A stretch of 63,208 nucleotides of DNA, filler included, from an uncultured Methanosarcinales archaeon (GTDB lineage Archaea; Nanobdellota; Nanobdellia; Woesearchaeales; JACPBV01): assembly GCA_964492935.1 (NCBI GenBank). It is 3 parts of 3 records of this genome, joined end to end, with 100 filler letters (N's around TTAATTAATTAA, not from the genome) between each part and the next. Parts side by side here need not be neighbours in the genome. Positions count along the whole stretch, not along the records: positions 1 to 30,632 come from CAZBLF010000012.1; 2 more parts are not named here. One strand, 5' to 3'. Position 1 is the first letter of the stretch; the number at the start of each line of letters is the position of its first letter. Positions 17,960 to 27,907 of the stretch are shown in pieces. The notes beneath the pieces are model-generated. The model saw only the letters and a program-made list of their open reading frames with translations. It was not told where the DNA came from and did no database searches. The translations under genes and the position numbers were made by a program.

Positions 17960-18817
17960 ATGGCAATTCAGAACCAGTTGAAGACCGTAGTGTTGTTAGC
18001 TTCGATGACCGGTTTATTGTTATGGATCGGTTCTTACTGGGGGGCAAGTGGGTTAACGATTGCGATTATCTTTTCTTTAGGAATGAACGTGGTTTCGTAT
18101 TGGTTTTCGGATAAGATTGCGTTGCGGATGTACCATGCCAAACTTGCTTCCGAATCGGAATATTCTACGTTGCATTCTTTAGTTGCTGAATGTGCTCGCT
18201 TGGCTAACATTCCTAAGCCGCGAGTGTATGTTATTGATACGCCGCAGGCGAATGCGTTTGCTACGGGGCCTACCCCTAAGCGGGCTGCAGTGGCCTGTAC
18301 TACTGGCATCATGGATGCGTTGTCGGAGGATGAGTTAAAAGGAGTTATTGCGCACGAGGTTGCACACATTACTAATTATGATACGTTGACTTCGACTGTT
18401 GCAGCTACGATTGCTGGTGTTATTTCGTACGTTGCTTTCATGGCTCGTTGGGCTGCAATGTTTGGTGGTTTTGGTGGTCGTGATCGAGATGGAAATGGGT
18501 TGGAGCTGCTTGTGTTGGCAATTCTTACTCCTGTCTTAGCTACGATCATTCAGCTTGCTATATCACGTTCTCGAGAGTTTCAGGCGGATGCTTCGGCTGC
18601 TAAATCATTGCATACTGGAGAGGGTTTGGCATCGGCTCTTTTGAAGTTAGAATCGAATATTAAGCATCATCCTTTTCGGGCAACTTCAGGGACGCAGACG
18701 ACTGCGCATCTTTTTATTTCGAATCCTTTTGGAAAGATGCATGGTTTGATTAAGTTGTTCTCGACGCATCCTCCGACGGCGGAACGTGTTAAAAAGTTGC
18801 GCTCTGGTCGGTTTTAA
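17960..18817 (+). CDS. htpX: Zinc metalloprotease HtpX
   Basis: NAFATG, HEVAH, SRSREFQAD, STHPP. Confidence 0.95.
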   Translation: MAIQNQLKTVVLLASMTGLLLWIGSYWGASGLTIAIIFSLGMNVVSYWFSDKIALRMYHAKLASESEYSTLHSLVAECARLANIPKPRVYVIDTPQANAFATGPTPKRAAVACTTGIMDALSEDELKGVIAHEVAHITNYDTLTSTVAATIAGVISYVAFMARWAAMFGGFGGRDRDGNGLELLVLAILTPVLATIIQLAISRSREFQADASAAKSLHTGEGLASALLKLESNIKHHPFRATSGTQTTAHLFISNPFGKMHGLIKLFSTHPPTAERVKKLRSGRF

Positions 18818-18822
18818 GGTTG

Positions 18823-19851
18823 TTATTTGGTGAGAGATATCCATTGGTCCCTCAAGATAGAGATTCCTTTAAATCCTACTGATTGAGCGAGCTTCTCAAA
18901 TTCATTCTTACTCATCGTCGATTTTTTGTGAGGTATAGTCCATAGAATACTCGCTTTACCCAGGAAATGTTTTTTTGCAGAATACTCGATGGTTCGTAGT
19001 GCATAATCTTGATGTTGATTACGTTCCATGGAAAATTGAACACCCTCCCCCAGTCCCACTTTTCCCGTAATTTCCTGGATTCCAATCAAAAAAGTTCCCT
19101 TTGGACGTAGAAGGGAGTACACTCGCTTCAACCCCTTCTCGGCATATTCTTTTGCAGTATTTGGATTGTCATGAAACATCTCAAACATGAACACTCTTGG
19201 TCTTATTTTAGTAAACAGAAAAAATCCACTCTCTACAAAAATCCCATCAAACCTTTCTTTAAACTGCTTTTCTAAAAAATCTCCCTGGATGATCTTTCCT
19301 TTTGCTGGAGGGTAGAGCTTCTTGCATTCTTCAATCATATGTGGATTGATCTCTATAGCGATAACATCCAATTTTCTTTGTAACAATCTCCTCAATAGGG
19401 GCCCTGTTCCTGGACCGATCTCCAACAGTTTTGAACTTTTATCAAAATATCGATCCAGTATTTCTGTTTTTTCTGTGTTATCTCTTGAATTCTCTGAGAA
19501 TTGATCATAGGTGAGGTAGTAGATACAGTCTTGAACTAAGACAGCAACAAACTTTCTTGTATAGAAGAGGAACTTACTCTCCCAATCCGAAGGATCTTTG
19601 GCAATCTTTCTTCTTAATTCCTTTTCATTTTTTCCAAATACTTCACTGGGTCTGCCGAAGTGTCCAGTAAACTCAGCTAAATGAAACGGTTCCATCCCGA
19701 TACATTTGTCAATAAGCTCACTCACGGAGAAAATCTTTGTAGTTATATTCCAAATCTCTCCCATATCGCGCGTAATTACCACTACTATCTCATCCAAGAG
19801 AGAAACTATTTCCGATCGGTGCTCTAAAATAAGAGAAAGATTACTTTGCAT
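18823..19851 (-). CDS. Class I SAM-dependent methyltransferase with N-terminal extension
   Basis: LLEIGPGTG motif I, AIE, QGDF, LRPKG. Confidence 0.8.
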   Translation of the reverse strand: MQSNLSLILEHRSEIVSLLDEIVVVITRDMGEIWNITTKIFSVSELIDKCIGMEPFHLAEFTGHFGRPSEVFGKNEKELRRKIAKDPSDWESKFLFYTRKFVAVLVQDCIYYLTYDQFSENSRDNTEKTEILDRYFDKSSKLLEIGPGTGPLLRRLLQRKLDVIAIEINPHMIEECKKLYPPAKGKIIQGDFLEKQFKERFDGIFVESGFFLFTKIRPRVFMFEMFHDNPNTAKEYAEKGLKRVYSLLRPKGTFLIGIQEITGKVGLGEGVQFSMERNQHQDYALRTIEYSAKKHFLGKASILWTIPHKKSTMSKNEFEKLAQSVGFKGISILRDQWISLTK

Positions 19852-19897
19852 GAGGTATTGGTAGTTTAGGGATATATAAAATTGATGGAATGACTGA

Positions 19898-22113
19898 TTA
19901 GGGTTCGTATTCTTTTTCTAGAACTTCTTTTATTTTCTTTGCTTTGACGTTGCCAATCTTTTCCACGGTTTGTAGTTCTTCTTTTGAAGCGTTTACGAGA
20001 TTTTTTATGGATTTGAATGCGGTGAGGAGAGGTTTCGCTAGGGTTATGCCGACTCCTGGTAATGCTGCAACCAGATACTCTTGCATGTCTTTGAGTGTTC
20101 CGGTTCTTTTTGTTGCGTGGGGGGTGAAATCTGAGGAGTCTGTTGATTGCTCTCGTTTTGCGATGAGATAGAGTAGGGATGCGCTCTCTTCTGCGTATTT
20201 GCTGAAGAGGATGGGGATGCCGTAGTTTACTACAATGGTCGCAATCATGCCACGAATGGCATTGGGATGGATATTTCTTATTGAATAGAGATCTTCGCCT
20301 TCGATGAGGACTAATGGTCTAGAGTATTGTTCCTTTAACGATTTAAGTTGATCTAACAGTCGTCCATCGATGATGCTGTTGACGAAGTCTTCGGCGGTTT
20401 TGTATTCTACGCCTACATTTTTGCTTAAGAGGTAGTCGGCGTGAGAGAGTTGTTCTAATTGTACATGCACGCCTTTATCGATGAGTTGTTTGATGACTGC
20501 AGATCCTTTCTCGCGGTGATCGACGTACATCTTGATTTCATCTTTCTTGGTGTAGTCTTTCAGTGACTGATCTTCTGACGGTTTCGCGAAATTGAAACTC
20601 ATTTTCTTTTTTATTGTTTCAAGCGTACGATACATTCTGAGTTCTTTGTGGTGAGCGCTCCATTTGTAACCGACGTCTCTTGTGTTTTNNNNNNNNNNGC
20701 CATTAAGACGATGACGCGACCTCTTGATTGTCTTCCGGTTCTTCCTCGTCTTTGAATGGTTCTGATTGCGCTGGGGACAGGTTCGAAAAAGATGACGGCG
20801 TCTACGGAGGGTACGTCAATGCCTTCTTCGCCTACGGATGTTGAAACGATGACATTTATTTCTCCAGATCTGAACTTATCTAGGACTGCTTTCTGGTCTT
20901 TTTGCGAGAGTCCGGTATTTCCTTTCTTGAGTTGGCCAACGAAGAGGGTTGCTTTAACGTTTTCTATGGTGTTGAGATGGTTGACAATGTCGGCTGTATT
21001 GTCTCGGTACTGGTTGAAGACCATGAGTTTGGCATCATCGGTGGTTAGAATTTGAGAGACTAACTTTTTTAGTTCCGCAATTTTTGGGTGTTGGATGCGT
21101 TCTTGGACTAACCTGTTGGTTTTGAAGAGTGCGCTTCTGAATTCTACGTCTGCAACGATATTCTTGACGGCTTTTGTTTTTGAGGTTGTCGAATCTTGTT
21201 GTAATTTGTTGAGGTAGTCGTGCAGGGATTTAACGCCTTGTGTTTCTATGAGTTCTACTGCGTGCTGCATTTTCATGATCTCTGCGAGGACGGAGATGGC
21301 TTTCCAGGCGGTGAAGTCTTGTGTTCCCACGGCTCTACCGCGCAGTTGTGCTTGGAGTTGGAGTAATGCGGTTTTTGAGATGAAATCTGAATTTTGTTTG
21401 GGCATAATATCCCAATCTTGCAGTGTTTTTATTCTGCTTTTGAGAAAATCCTTGAGGTGTTTCAGTACCTCGTTGAATTCTTTTGGTAGTTTGACTTTTA
21501 CCCAATCTACTTCTACTTGCTGGATGTATTCTACTACATCGGGATCCTTATCGGTTCGGACTTCAATGTCTTGAATGAATAAATTTTGGCAGACTTCCTC
21601 TATCTTTTCCAGATCGCTTCCGGGAGATGCGGTAAGTCCGAGTATTCTTGCATATTTTGCTGTTTTTTCATATTGTTTTGCGACCCACACGTAGGCATAA
21701 TCACCCACTGCTCGATGTGCTTCATCGATTCCTAGGAGGCAGACTTCTTCTAGATTGATTCTTCTGTTTATGATATCGTTTTCAAGACCTTGTGGGGTTG
21801 AGAAGATGATTTTGGCGGTTTTCCAGAGTTCCTGTCTTTTTTCTGGCTTTACGTGACCGGTGAATATGGCAAATTGTTCTTTTGGGATGTCGAAATGTTT
21901 TTCGAAAACGCTGAGGTATTGGTCGATGAGTGGTCGTGTGGGTCCAATGAACAGAATTTTGCTGGTAGGATAGAGTTTAAGTCTATGCGCTGCTAACATG
22001 AGGAAGATGTTTGTCTTTCCTAAACCGGTTGGCAGTACAACTAATGTATTTTTTTGGGTGCAGGTGCCGAGAATGGATTCTTGGTAAAGTCTTGGTTTGA
22101 AATCTTTGATCAT
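19898..22113 (-). CDS. hef: Hef helicase-nuclease (SF2 helicase plus ERCC4/XPF nuclease and HhH); one gene interrupted by a 10-N gap
   Basis: PTGLGKT, DEAH, TAS, QRRGRTGR, then VDHRE, VEYK, HhH; alternative frame after Ns (20689-20698) reads TRDVGYKWSA into the nuclease ORF. Confidence 0.9.
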
Positions 22114-22186
22114 TCAGTTGGGAGAGAATCTTGGTTTAAATAGATTATGACTCTCTCAGAAGTACTAAGGAAAAAAGAAAGCCCCC

Positions 22187-22765
22187 TCAAATAAGGAGGG
22201 GAAGCCCTCTTATCTCTTTGTGGTCTTTAGTTTCTCCTTCCCGTATTTCATCTTCAGTTACCCATACCAGCTTATCTTGAGTTGCATCCCTCAAGGTTGC
22301 TTCGTATTCAGCAGGGAGCTGTACGTTGAATATCTCTAGGTACCTCTGAGTTATCTGCCCTTCCTGACCAACACGGTCAGTAGCTTCGCGAGGAGTCAAA
22401 AGACCACGGTTTTCTATCTTTACGAGATCTCGCTCAAGTGAAGGCAATAGTTTTTCTTCTAAAACAAGTTCCTCTCTAAGTTCTCGATATACATCTTTTT
22501 CTCGATTGGCTCCTGACCTAAACCAATGGTCAAAATCAGGGATATATTTCTCTTCGATCAGAAACCGAAGATCATTCCCTTTTTCATATTGGACTTGCAG
22601 TGAGTTAAGAAAGGGTCGAGCTTCTTCCTTAAACTCAATTGCGCCTCCGAAAGGCATGTATACCTCTTTCCCCTTCTTCATCCTATTCTTATTCAAGCCA
22701 AGCACAATTTTTCCGTCGATTTCTATCCTTGCTAGTGCTGCTGCACTTACTCTAAGTTTTTCCAT
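22187..22765 (-). CDS. NUDIX-fold protein resembling the SMODS-associated NUDIX domain
   Basis: RVSAAALARIEIDG, PFGG, DLRF, WF.SG.NRE, RELREEL motif order. Confidence 0.65.
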   Translation of the reverse strand: MEKLRVSAAALARIEIDGKIVLGLNKNRMKKGKEVYMPFGGAIEFKEEARPFLNSLQVQYEKGNDLRFLIEEKYIPDFDHWFRSGANREKDVYRELREELVLEEKLLPSLERDLVKIENRGLLTPREATDRVGQEGQITQRYLEIFNVQLPAEYEATLRDATQDKLVWVTEDEIREGETKDHKEIRGLPLLI

Positions 22766-22917
22766 ATTACCACCTCCATGGTTATTATGGTGTCACTTTG
22801 GAGTAATAAATAGTTAGCGATTAATATATGGGATAAAATCCTATTATTTTCTTCAAGATAGGAAAAAATCCATATATAATAAAAAAATTTAAATATAGAT
22901 TCATATTCAATGCAATT

Positions 22918-23379
22918 ATGTTGGATAAAAAAGATAGGATTATCCTCAACGAACTGCAGACAGATGCAGATAGGAAGATATATCAACTTGAAAAATCAAC
23001 ACTTCTTCCAAGATCCACCATACACAACAGGATCAAAAGGCTGAAGAGAGATGGAGTAATTCAGAAAATAAAAGCTGTTGTGGATCCAAGGGAGTTAGAT
23101 CTTAATGTAACGGCTCTGGTCCATATCATTGTTACTTTCAAGAAGGGTGCAAGAACGATTGCAGAACGGATAAGTAAACTAGACAATGTCGAAGAAGTAC
23201 ATCTTACGGCAGGTGAATTTGATATTATTGCAAAAGTGAGATTCCATTCTAATAAAGACATTTCCAACTTTATATTTGGTGAAAAAGGAGGCTTAAAATG
23301 TTGGGAAGGTATTGAGAGGACAGAAAGCATGATTTGTGTAGATACTGTAAAAGAAAACGGGATATTGAAAGGAAAATAG
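22918..23379 (+). CDS. Lrp/AsnC family transcriptional regulator
   Basis: LDKKDRIIL..LQ.DA, HTH, GEFD effector-domain motif. Confidence 0.92.
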   Translation: MLDKKDRIILNELQTDADRKIYQLEKSTLLPRSTIHNRIKRLKRDGVIQKIKAVVDPRELDLNVTALVHIIVTFKKGARTIAERISKLDNVEEVHLTAGEFDIIAKVRFHSNKDISNFIFGEKGGLKCWEGIERTESMICVDTVKENGILKGK

Positions 23380-23413
23380 GAAGGAAATCTTTCTACCTAA
23401 AAAGGTTTAGATA

Positions 23414-23968
23414 TCAAACATCATGTCCGGGGGCAAGGATATCGTATTCGATTTTTTCTAGTTTTTTTAGGCTGGTTTCCATCTCGGCGGGATCTGAGAA
23501 GGGGAAGTCGGTTCTTCCATGGCGGCCATCGAAGAGGGTGTCGCCGGAGAAGAGGATTTTCTTTTCGGGATAGTGTAGGCAGACAATGCCTTTGGTGTGG
23601 CCGGGTGTTAGGATTACTTTTAGGCCGTGGATGTCGGTTAAGGGTTCTAGTGGAGCTTTGAAGTTTGTTGCGGTTTCTTGATCTAGGACAGCTCCAAATG
23701 CGTTTTCTTTTAGTGCTGCGATTGCATCGGGATGTGCGTAGAATGTTGCATTCTTGAACATTTTCCAGTTTCCGATATGATCATAATGGAGATGCGTTAG
23801 AAGCACTTTTGTGATTTTGTCTACTGGGATGATGGATTCTATTTGCTCTTTGATTTTAGATTGTTCTTCTTCTGCTCCGGTATCGATAAGAATCCAGGCA
23901 CCCACATCAAGAAGATAGCAATTGCTCAAGCCGTGAATTTTCCAGACATTATCTGTGAGCTGTTCCAT
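23414..23968 (-). CDS. Metallo-beta-lactamase fold hydrolase
   Basis: THLHYDH, TPGHT, SGDTLF, PGH. Confidence 0.92.
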   Translation of the reverse strand: MEQLTDNVWKIHGLSNCYLLDVGAWILIDTGAEEEQSKIKEQIESIIPVDKITKVLLTHLHYDHIGNWKMFKNATFYAHPDAIAALKENAFGAVLDQETATNFKAPLEPLTDIHGLKVILTPGHTKGIVCLHYPEKKILFSGDTLFDGRHGRTDFPFSDPAEMETSLKKLEKIEYDILAPGHDV

Positions 23969-24303
23969 TATCTGTAGCCATCACGAATTTTAGGGGTTGC
24001 AAACATGCCTTGCTCGTGTAATGCATAGGAAGCGTAGCAACCTGCTAGAAATAGAACTACCATGGTGAGCCAGCTGCCATAGCGGGCTCCGATTAGATAT
24101 CCAATGACGAATCCCATGCTCACGAAAATGTAGGGGAAAAGCAAATTGCCGCGTTGTAAGAATAGTAATCGGCCACACCATAACCCCATGACAAAGATGA
24201 TGCCGTAGCTGAAACCGGGAGAGGGATTTGCTAGAGAAAAAATAAAACCGGTAATCAGTAGCACGAAGAAGATAATTTCAACCCAGCTTTTGTAAAAGTT
24301 CAT
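23968..24303 (-). CDS. Small membrane protein
   Basis: Four hydrophobic segments; overlaps both neighbours. Confidence 0.7.
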   Translation of the reverse strand: MNFYKSWVEIIFFVLLITGFIFSLANPSPGFSYGIIFVMGLWCGRLLFLQRGNLLFPYIFVSMGFVIGYLIGARYGSWLTMVVLFLAGCYASYALHEQGMFATPKIRDGYR

Positions 24304-25094
24304 TTCTTCTTACTCCATTTCGGGGCGTAGCCGCCACCATAGGGACCTTTCCAGAGATATCGTTCAACCCCCACATAATACAGCACCCAACAGATGACTG
24401 CTAGGGAGAGTCCTAAAAAGAGTATGAGGAATATGTTAAGGTCGGTTAATAGGAGGACTCCGGTAATAATTACTAGCGCTGCTCCGAAGACATACATCAT
24501 GCGGGAACCGAAGAAGAGTTTGCCTCCGGTGAGGGCAGGAAGCGGTAGGATGTCGTAGATGGCATAGACTACACAGAAAAATACTAGTGAATCTACCAGG
24601 CTGCTTGAGGATAGTTGTCCAAGTAATCTGAAGATTATTGCAAGAAAGAGAGCTGCTAGGGTTCCTGAAAAGCTGATGAGGCTGTATTTGTAGTAATCTA
24701 GGCCGTAACGGTGATGGCCGACGCGATGAGCTGAAAGGTGATGGACGATGATGCCGCCCGGAAGGAGGACCCAGACCGTGCCACGAGAGAGAAATATTGC
24801 TAGCAGACTTACCACTAGACCTGTCATCCAGGCTTGGTACTCTACCTCGTAGCCCATATACAATCCTACGAGGCGCTGGACGCTATTGGTGGTAATGATG
24901 ACAAAGAGCACAATGATTGCACTGTTGAACCAGTTATAGGCGCCGCTGGTGAACGAGAAGAAGTCGCCCCCCCATTGTGTAAAGGAGATGATGAACGATA
25001 ACGCTAGCACCGCTGCAAAGATATCTCTGAGTTCTTTCTTCTTAAAAGAGAAGTACTGTTTGATTTTACCTTGCACATCTACCCAACGTTGCAT
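24300..25094 (-). CDS. Site-2 protease (M50)-like membrane protein lacking catalytic motifs
   Basis: M50-like topology with degenerate HExxH and NxxPxxxxDG. Confidence 0.55.
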   Translation of the reverse strand: MQRWVDVQGKIKQYFSFKKKELRDIFAAVLALSFIISFTQWGGDFFSFTSGAYNWFNSAIIVLFVIITTNSVQRLVGLYMGYEVEYQAWMTGLVVSLLAIFLSRGTVWVLLPGGIIVHHLSAHRVGHHRYGLDYYKYSLISFSGTLAALFLAIIFRLLGQLSSSSLVDSLVFFCVVYAIYDILPLPALTGGKLFFGSRMMYVFGAALVIITGVLLLTDLNIFLILFLGLSLAVICWVLYYVGVERYLWKGPYGGGYAPKWSKKK

Positions 25095-25146
25095 GGTGTA
25101 AAAAGGGCAAATCATCTATTTAAAACTATTGAAAATCTTGAGAGGA

Positions 25147-25821
25147 TTAATTACTTTTCATTTCTGAGAGCAATTTGGTCATGCCCTTGACGTGTCCGGC
25201 ACCGACAAAGGCTAGGATGGTGTCGTTGGGATGATTTTCTTGTAATCGGAATAGTTTTTTTGCCATCACGACATTACGTTCTAGGATGAGGACGCGATAG
25301 AGACTAGGATATCTTTTTTTGACGTGTCCGAGTAGTTTTTCTATTACTTTCTCGTTTGGGACTTTTGTCAGGTCAAATTCGATTTCGGGTTTGCGGAGAA
25401 TGAGCCCTTTTATTAGGTCTAGCAAAAATCTTCCTTTTTCCTTCCAGGTAATTGTTTTTGAGAGTCTTTGGAGTGTTTTACGAATATGTTGATCCACTAG
25501 TGCTATTTTGATGTCTTTGGCACGCGCTATTTCCGCTGCCTTTTTCATTTCGGCTCCGGGCATCACACCTACTTGTTCGCCTAGCTTTTTGGAGGCCCAT
25601 CCCCCTAATAGGGCAAAAAGGAATCCTTTTACTCCTACTTTGAAGATATCACTTAGCTGGATGCTTTGCTTTTGTTTCTGAAATAAGGAGTGAAAACGAT
25701 CTCTATCTAGTTCTAGGGTGATGATTGCCGGTTTATGTTTGTCCACTAGTTGTGTAATCTCATCGATGCTTTGCTGAGCAATATGTGATGTGCCGATGAG
25801 TATGAGATTGCCGATTTTCAT
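25147..25821 (-). CDS. TraB/GumN/PrgY family protein
   Basis: GTSH, ELD..R, PGAEM, ERN, VGAGH. Confidence 0.9.
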   Translation of the reverse strand: MKIGNLILIGTSHIAQQSIDEITQLVDKHKPAIITLELDRDRFHSLFQKQKQSIQLSDIFKVGVKGFLFALLGGWASKKLGEQVGVMPGAEMKKAAEIARAKDIKIALVDQHIRKTLQRLSKTITWKEKGRFLLDLIKGLILRKPEIEFDLTKVPNEKVIEKLLGHVKKRYPSLYRVLILERNVVMAKKLFRLQENHPNDTILAFVGAGHVKGMTKLLSEMKSN

Positions 25822-25908
25822 AGCTACTAGAAAACCGCTAAGTTTAAATATGTTGACATTCTCTGTAGTGGAAGAACAACTTGATAATGGTAACGGGGGA
25901 ATGATACA

Positions 25909-26187
25909 ATGTTAAAGATGAAGCGGATTTCGGAAACGTATGACATGAGAGTATTTACCGATACAGGCGATTATTTTGGTGATGTCGAGGAAAGTATTTT
26001 AGCTACTAATAAGGTGTTTGGATGGAGAGTTCGGGCAACGAAAAATTCATTTCTGAGTAAGGTGTTGGGGAGTGCCAAAGGAGTTATTGTTCCTCATCAG
26101 CTCGTTAAGGCGATTGGCGATATTATGGTCATCAGCAAGGCTGCAGTTCCCAGCTACAGTGGCGATGAAGCTCCAAAAGACGAGTAA
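25909..26187 (+). CDS. PRC-barrel domain protein (CdpB-like)
   Basis: VFTDTG.YFG.V and VKAIGDIM motifs. Confidence 0.85.
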   Translation: MLKMKRISETYDMRVFTDTGDYFGDVEESILATNKVFGWRVRATKNSFLSKVLGSAKGVIVPHQLVKAIGDIMVISKAAVPSYSGDEAPKDE

Positions 26188-26226
26188 AACACTACTTTTA
26201 TATAGAAAGAACTTACTGGTTATAGT

Positions 26227-26808
26227 GTGAACTGGGGCATAGCGCAGGAGTTAAGGAGGAAAGCATTCCATCTGTCAATACTTTTAGTTATAGTGCTTTA
26301 TGCGATTATTGAACGATCTGTTTCTCGACAGGTTGCGTTATTTACGCTGATATTTGTGTTGTTAATTCTATTAGCGATGGAATACTTGCGACTTGAGCTT
26401 AATATAGATATTCCTTTTGTGGATCGGCTGATTCGTGCTAAGGAGCATAGAAGGATGAATGGTGCTATTTATTTTCTTTCTGCAACTATTATTCTGATAG
26501 CGGTACTTGATTTTAAGATTGCATTGGCTGCATTGTTGATGACTACGTTCGGCGATTTATCTGCTGCGTTAGTGGGTCAGCAATTCGGAAAAACGTACAT
26601 TTTTAAGAATAAAACGGTCAAGGGTTGTGCTGGAGAGTTGGTTATTAACCTGATTGTTGGATTTATTGTTCTTCAAAATATCTACATTATTTTGGCAATG
26701 TCGATTACGGCTACTGTTGTTGAGACGTTTGTTAATGAGTTAGAAGATAATTTGTTTGTACCGCTGTTTGCAGGATTTGTGGGACAGTTAATCTTTTTCT
26801 TACTTTAA
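26227..26808 (+). CDS. Dolichol/phytol kinase-like (SEC59/CTP-dependent) membrane protein
   Basis: ELRRKAFH, GD..AALVG..FG, KT..G, DNL..P. Confidence 0.88.
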   Translation: MNWGIAQELRRKAFHLSILLVIVLYAIIERSVSRQVALFTLIFVLLILLAMEYLRLELNIDIPFVDRLIRAKEHRRMNGAIYFLSATIILIAVLDFKIALAALLMTTFGDLSAALVGQQFGKTYIFKNKTVKGCAGELVINLIVGFIVLQNIYIILAMSITATVVETFVNELEDNLFVPLFAGFVGQLIFFLL

Positions 26809-27086
26809 GAAAGCTGAGCGTTAGGATCTGATTGAATTACGCCCAGAGCAACTTGCTGCGATTGATTATTCTCATCAATGACCGGTATAATGTACATTCC
26901 TTGTTGAATGACGCTTGTAAGAATATCCCTTTGTTCTAGCAACCTTCCATCTTGGAGGCCCTGGGCATAGACTTGTTCGCGAGCGCTTGCAATTCCGGCT
27001 GTAAATGAGTTCCAGCCCATAACGGCTACTAGAATGACTATTACTGTGGTGAGTAAAATGATTAAGATTGTCTTTTTGTCCTTCAT
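26805..27086 (-). CDS. Small single-TM protein
   Basis: Basic N-terminus plus TM; abuts PCNA stop. Confidence 0.65.
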   Translation of the reverse strand: MKDKKTILIILLTTVIVILVAVMGWNSFTAGIASAREQVYAQGLQDGRLLEQRDILTSVIQQGMYIIPVIDENNQSQQVALGVIQSDPNAQLS

Positions 27087-27827
27087 TTAATCGTTCTCTA
27101 CACGAGGTGCTAAAATGAAACTTAATAAAACTTTGTCTACCTCCTTGAATGACAACTTTAGGGGATAGTCTTTATTGAACTGGATTGAAACCTCATTACT
27201 GATCTTGCTTCCTGCAACCATTTTCTTGAGATATTCTATGCTGTACTTGGATTTTACCGTTTCATCTCCCGTTTCTATTTTGACGTTATCGCTAGCCGGA
27301 ATTTCGATGGCAGCGTCGGAAAGGTCACCGGATGCATTGATTAGAAATTTTCCCTTCTCTGCTTCGAAACTGACGCTTTCTGCAACAATATCTGCATCTT
27401 CGATCGCTCCTGTAAACACGGCTGGAGCACAGGTAATGGTGACTGGGAATGATAAATCGGGGACTTTTTGCTCTTTTTCCTCGATTTCAAGGATTGGGAG
27501 ATGGAAGGTTCTTTTGGTTGAGCCGGTGAACTCTAATTTTAGCTTGTTTTCGGCTAGTTCTAGCGTAAGCATATCGTTTGCATTGACTCTTCGGAGTACC
27601 TGTTTGAGATTTCCGAGGTTGATTGCTATCTGGGTATCCTCTTTGATGTCGTATTCGGTGAAGCAGGAACTAAATAACTTGAAGACGACCATGGCGACAT
27701 TTGCAGGGTCCATTGCGATTAATTCTACGGCATCTTTGGTGATGGTAAATTTTGCCTCGCTTACGAGTTCAGAAATAATGCTAATGCTCTCTTTTAGATA
27801 ACTCGGTTCTGCAAGTGTTAATCTCAT
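27087..27827 (-). CDS. pcn: Proliferating cell nuclear antigen (sliding clamp)
   Basis: AMDPANVAMV, SKYSIEYL, YPL, FILAPRVE. Confidence 0.96.
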   Translation of the reverse strand: MRLTLAEPSYLKESISIISELVSEAKFTITKDAVELIAMDPANVAMVVFKLFSSCFTEYDIKEDTQIAINLGNLKQVLRRVNANDMLTLELAENKLKLEFTGSTKRTFHLPILEIEEKEQKVPDLSFPVTITCAPAVFTGAIEDADIVAESVSFEAEKGKFLINASGDLSDAAIEIPASDNVKIETGDETVKSKYSIEYLKKMVAGSKISNEVSIQFNKDYPLKLSFKEVDKVLLSFILAPRVEND

Positions 27828-27907
27828 AGTACGTTCCCCCATTGAGAAGGAGGAAACTTCAATTTATATTCTTTATGGTTCTCTAGTATAGTTCTAGATG
27901 GAGGTTA

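Noticed and set aside
20611..20700. Apparent split or programmed frameshift between Hef helicase and nuclease
   Set aside because: The frame change coincides with a 10-N placeholder; the sequence reads continuously as Hef if the gap length is corrected.
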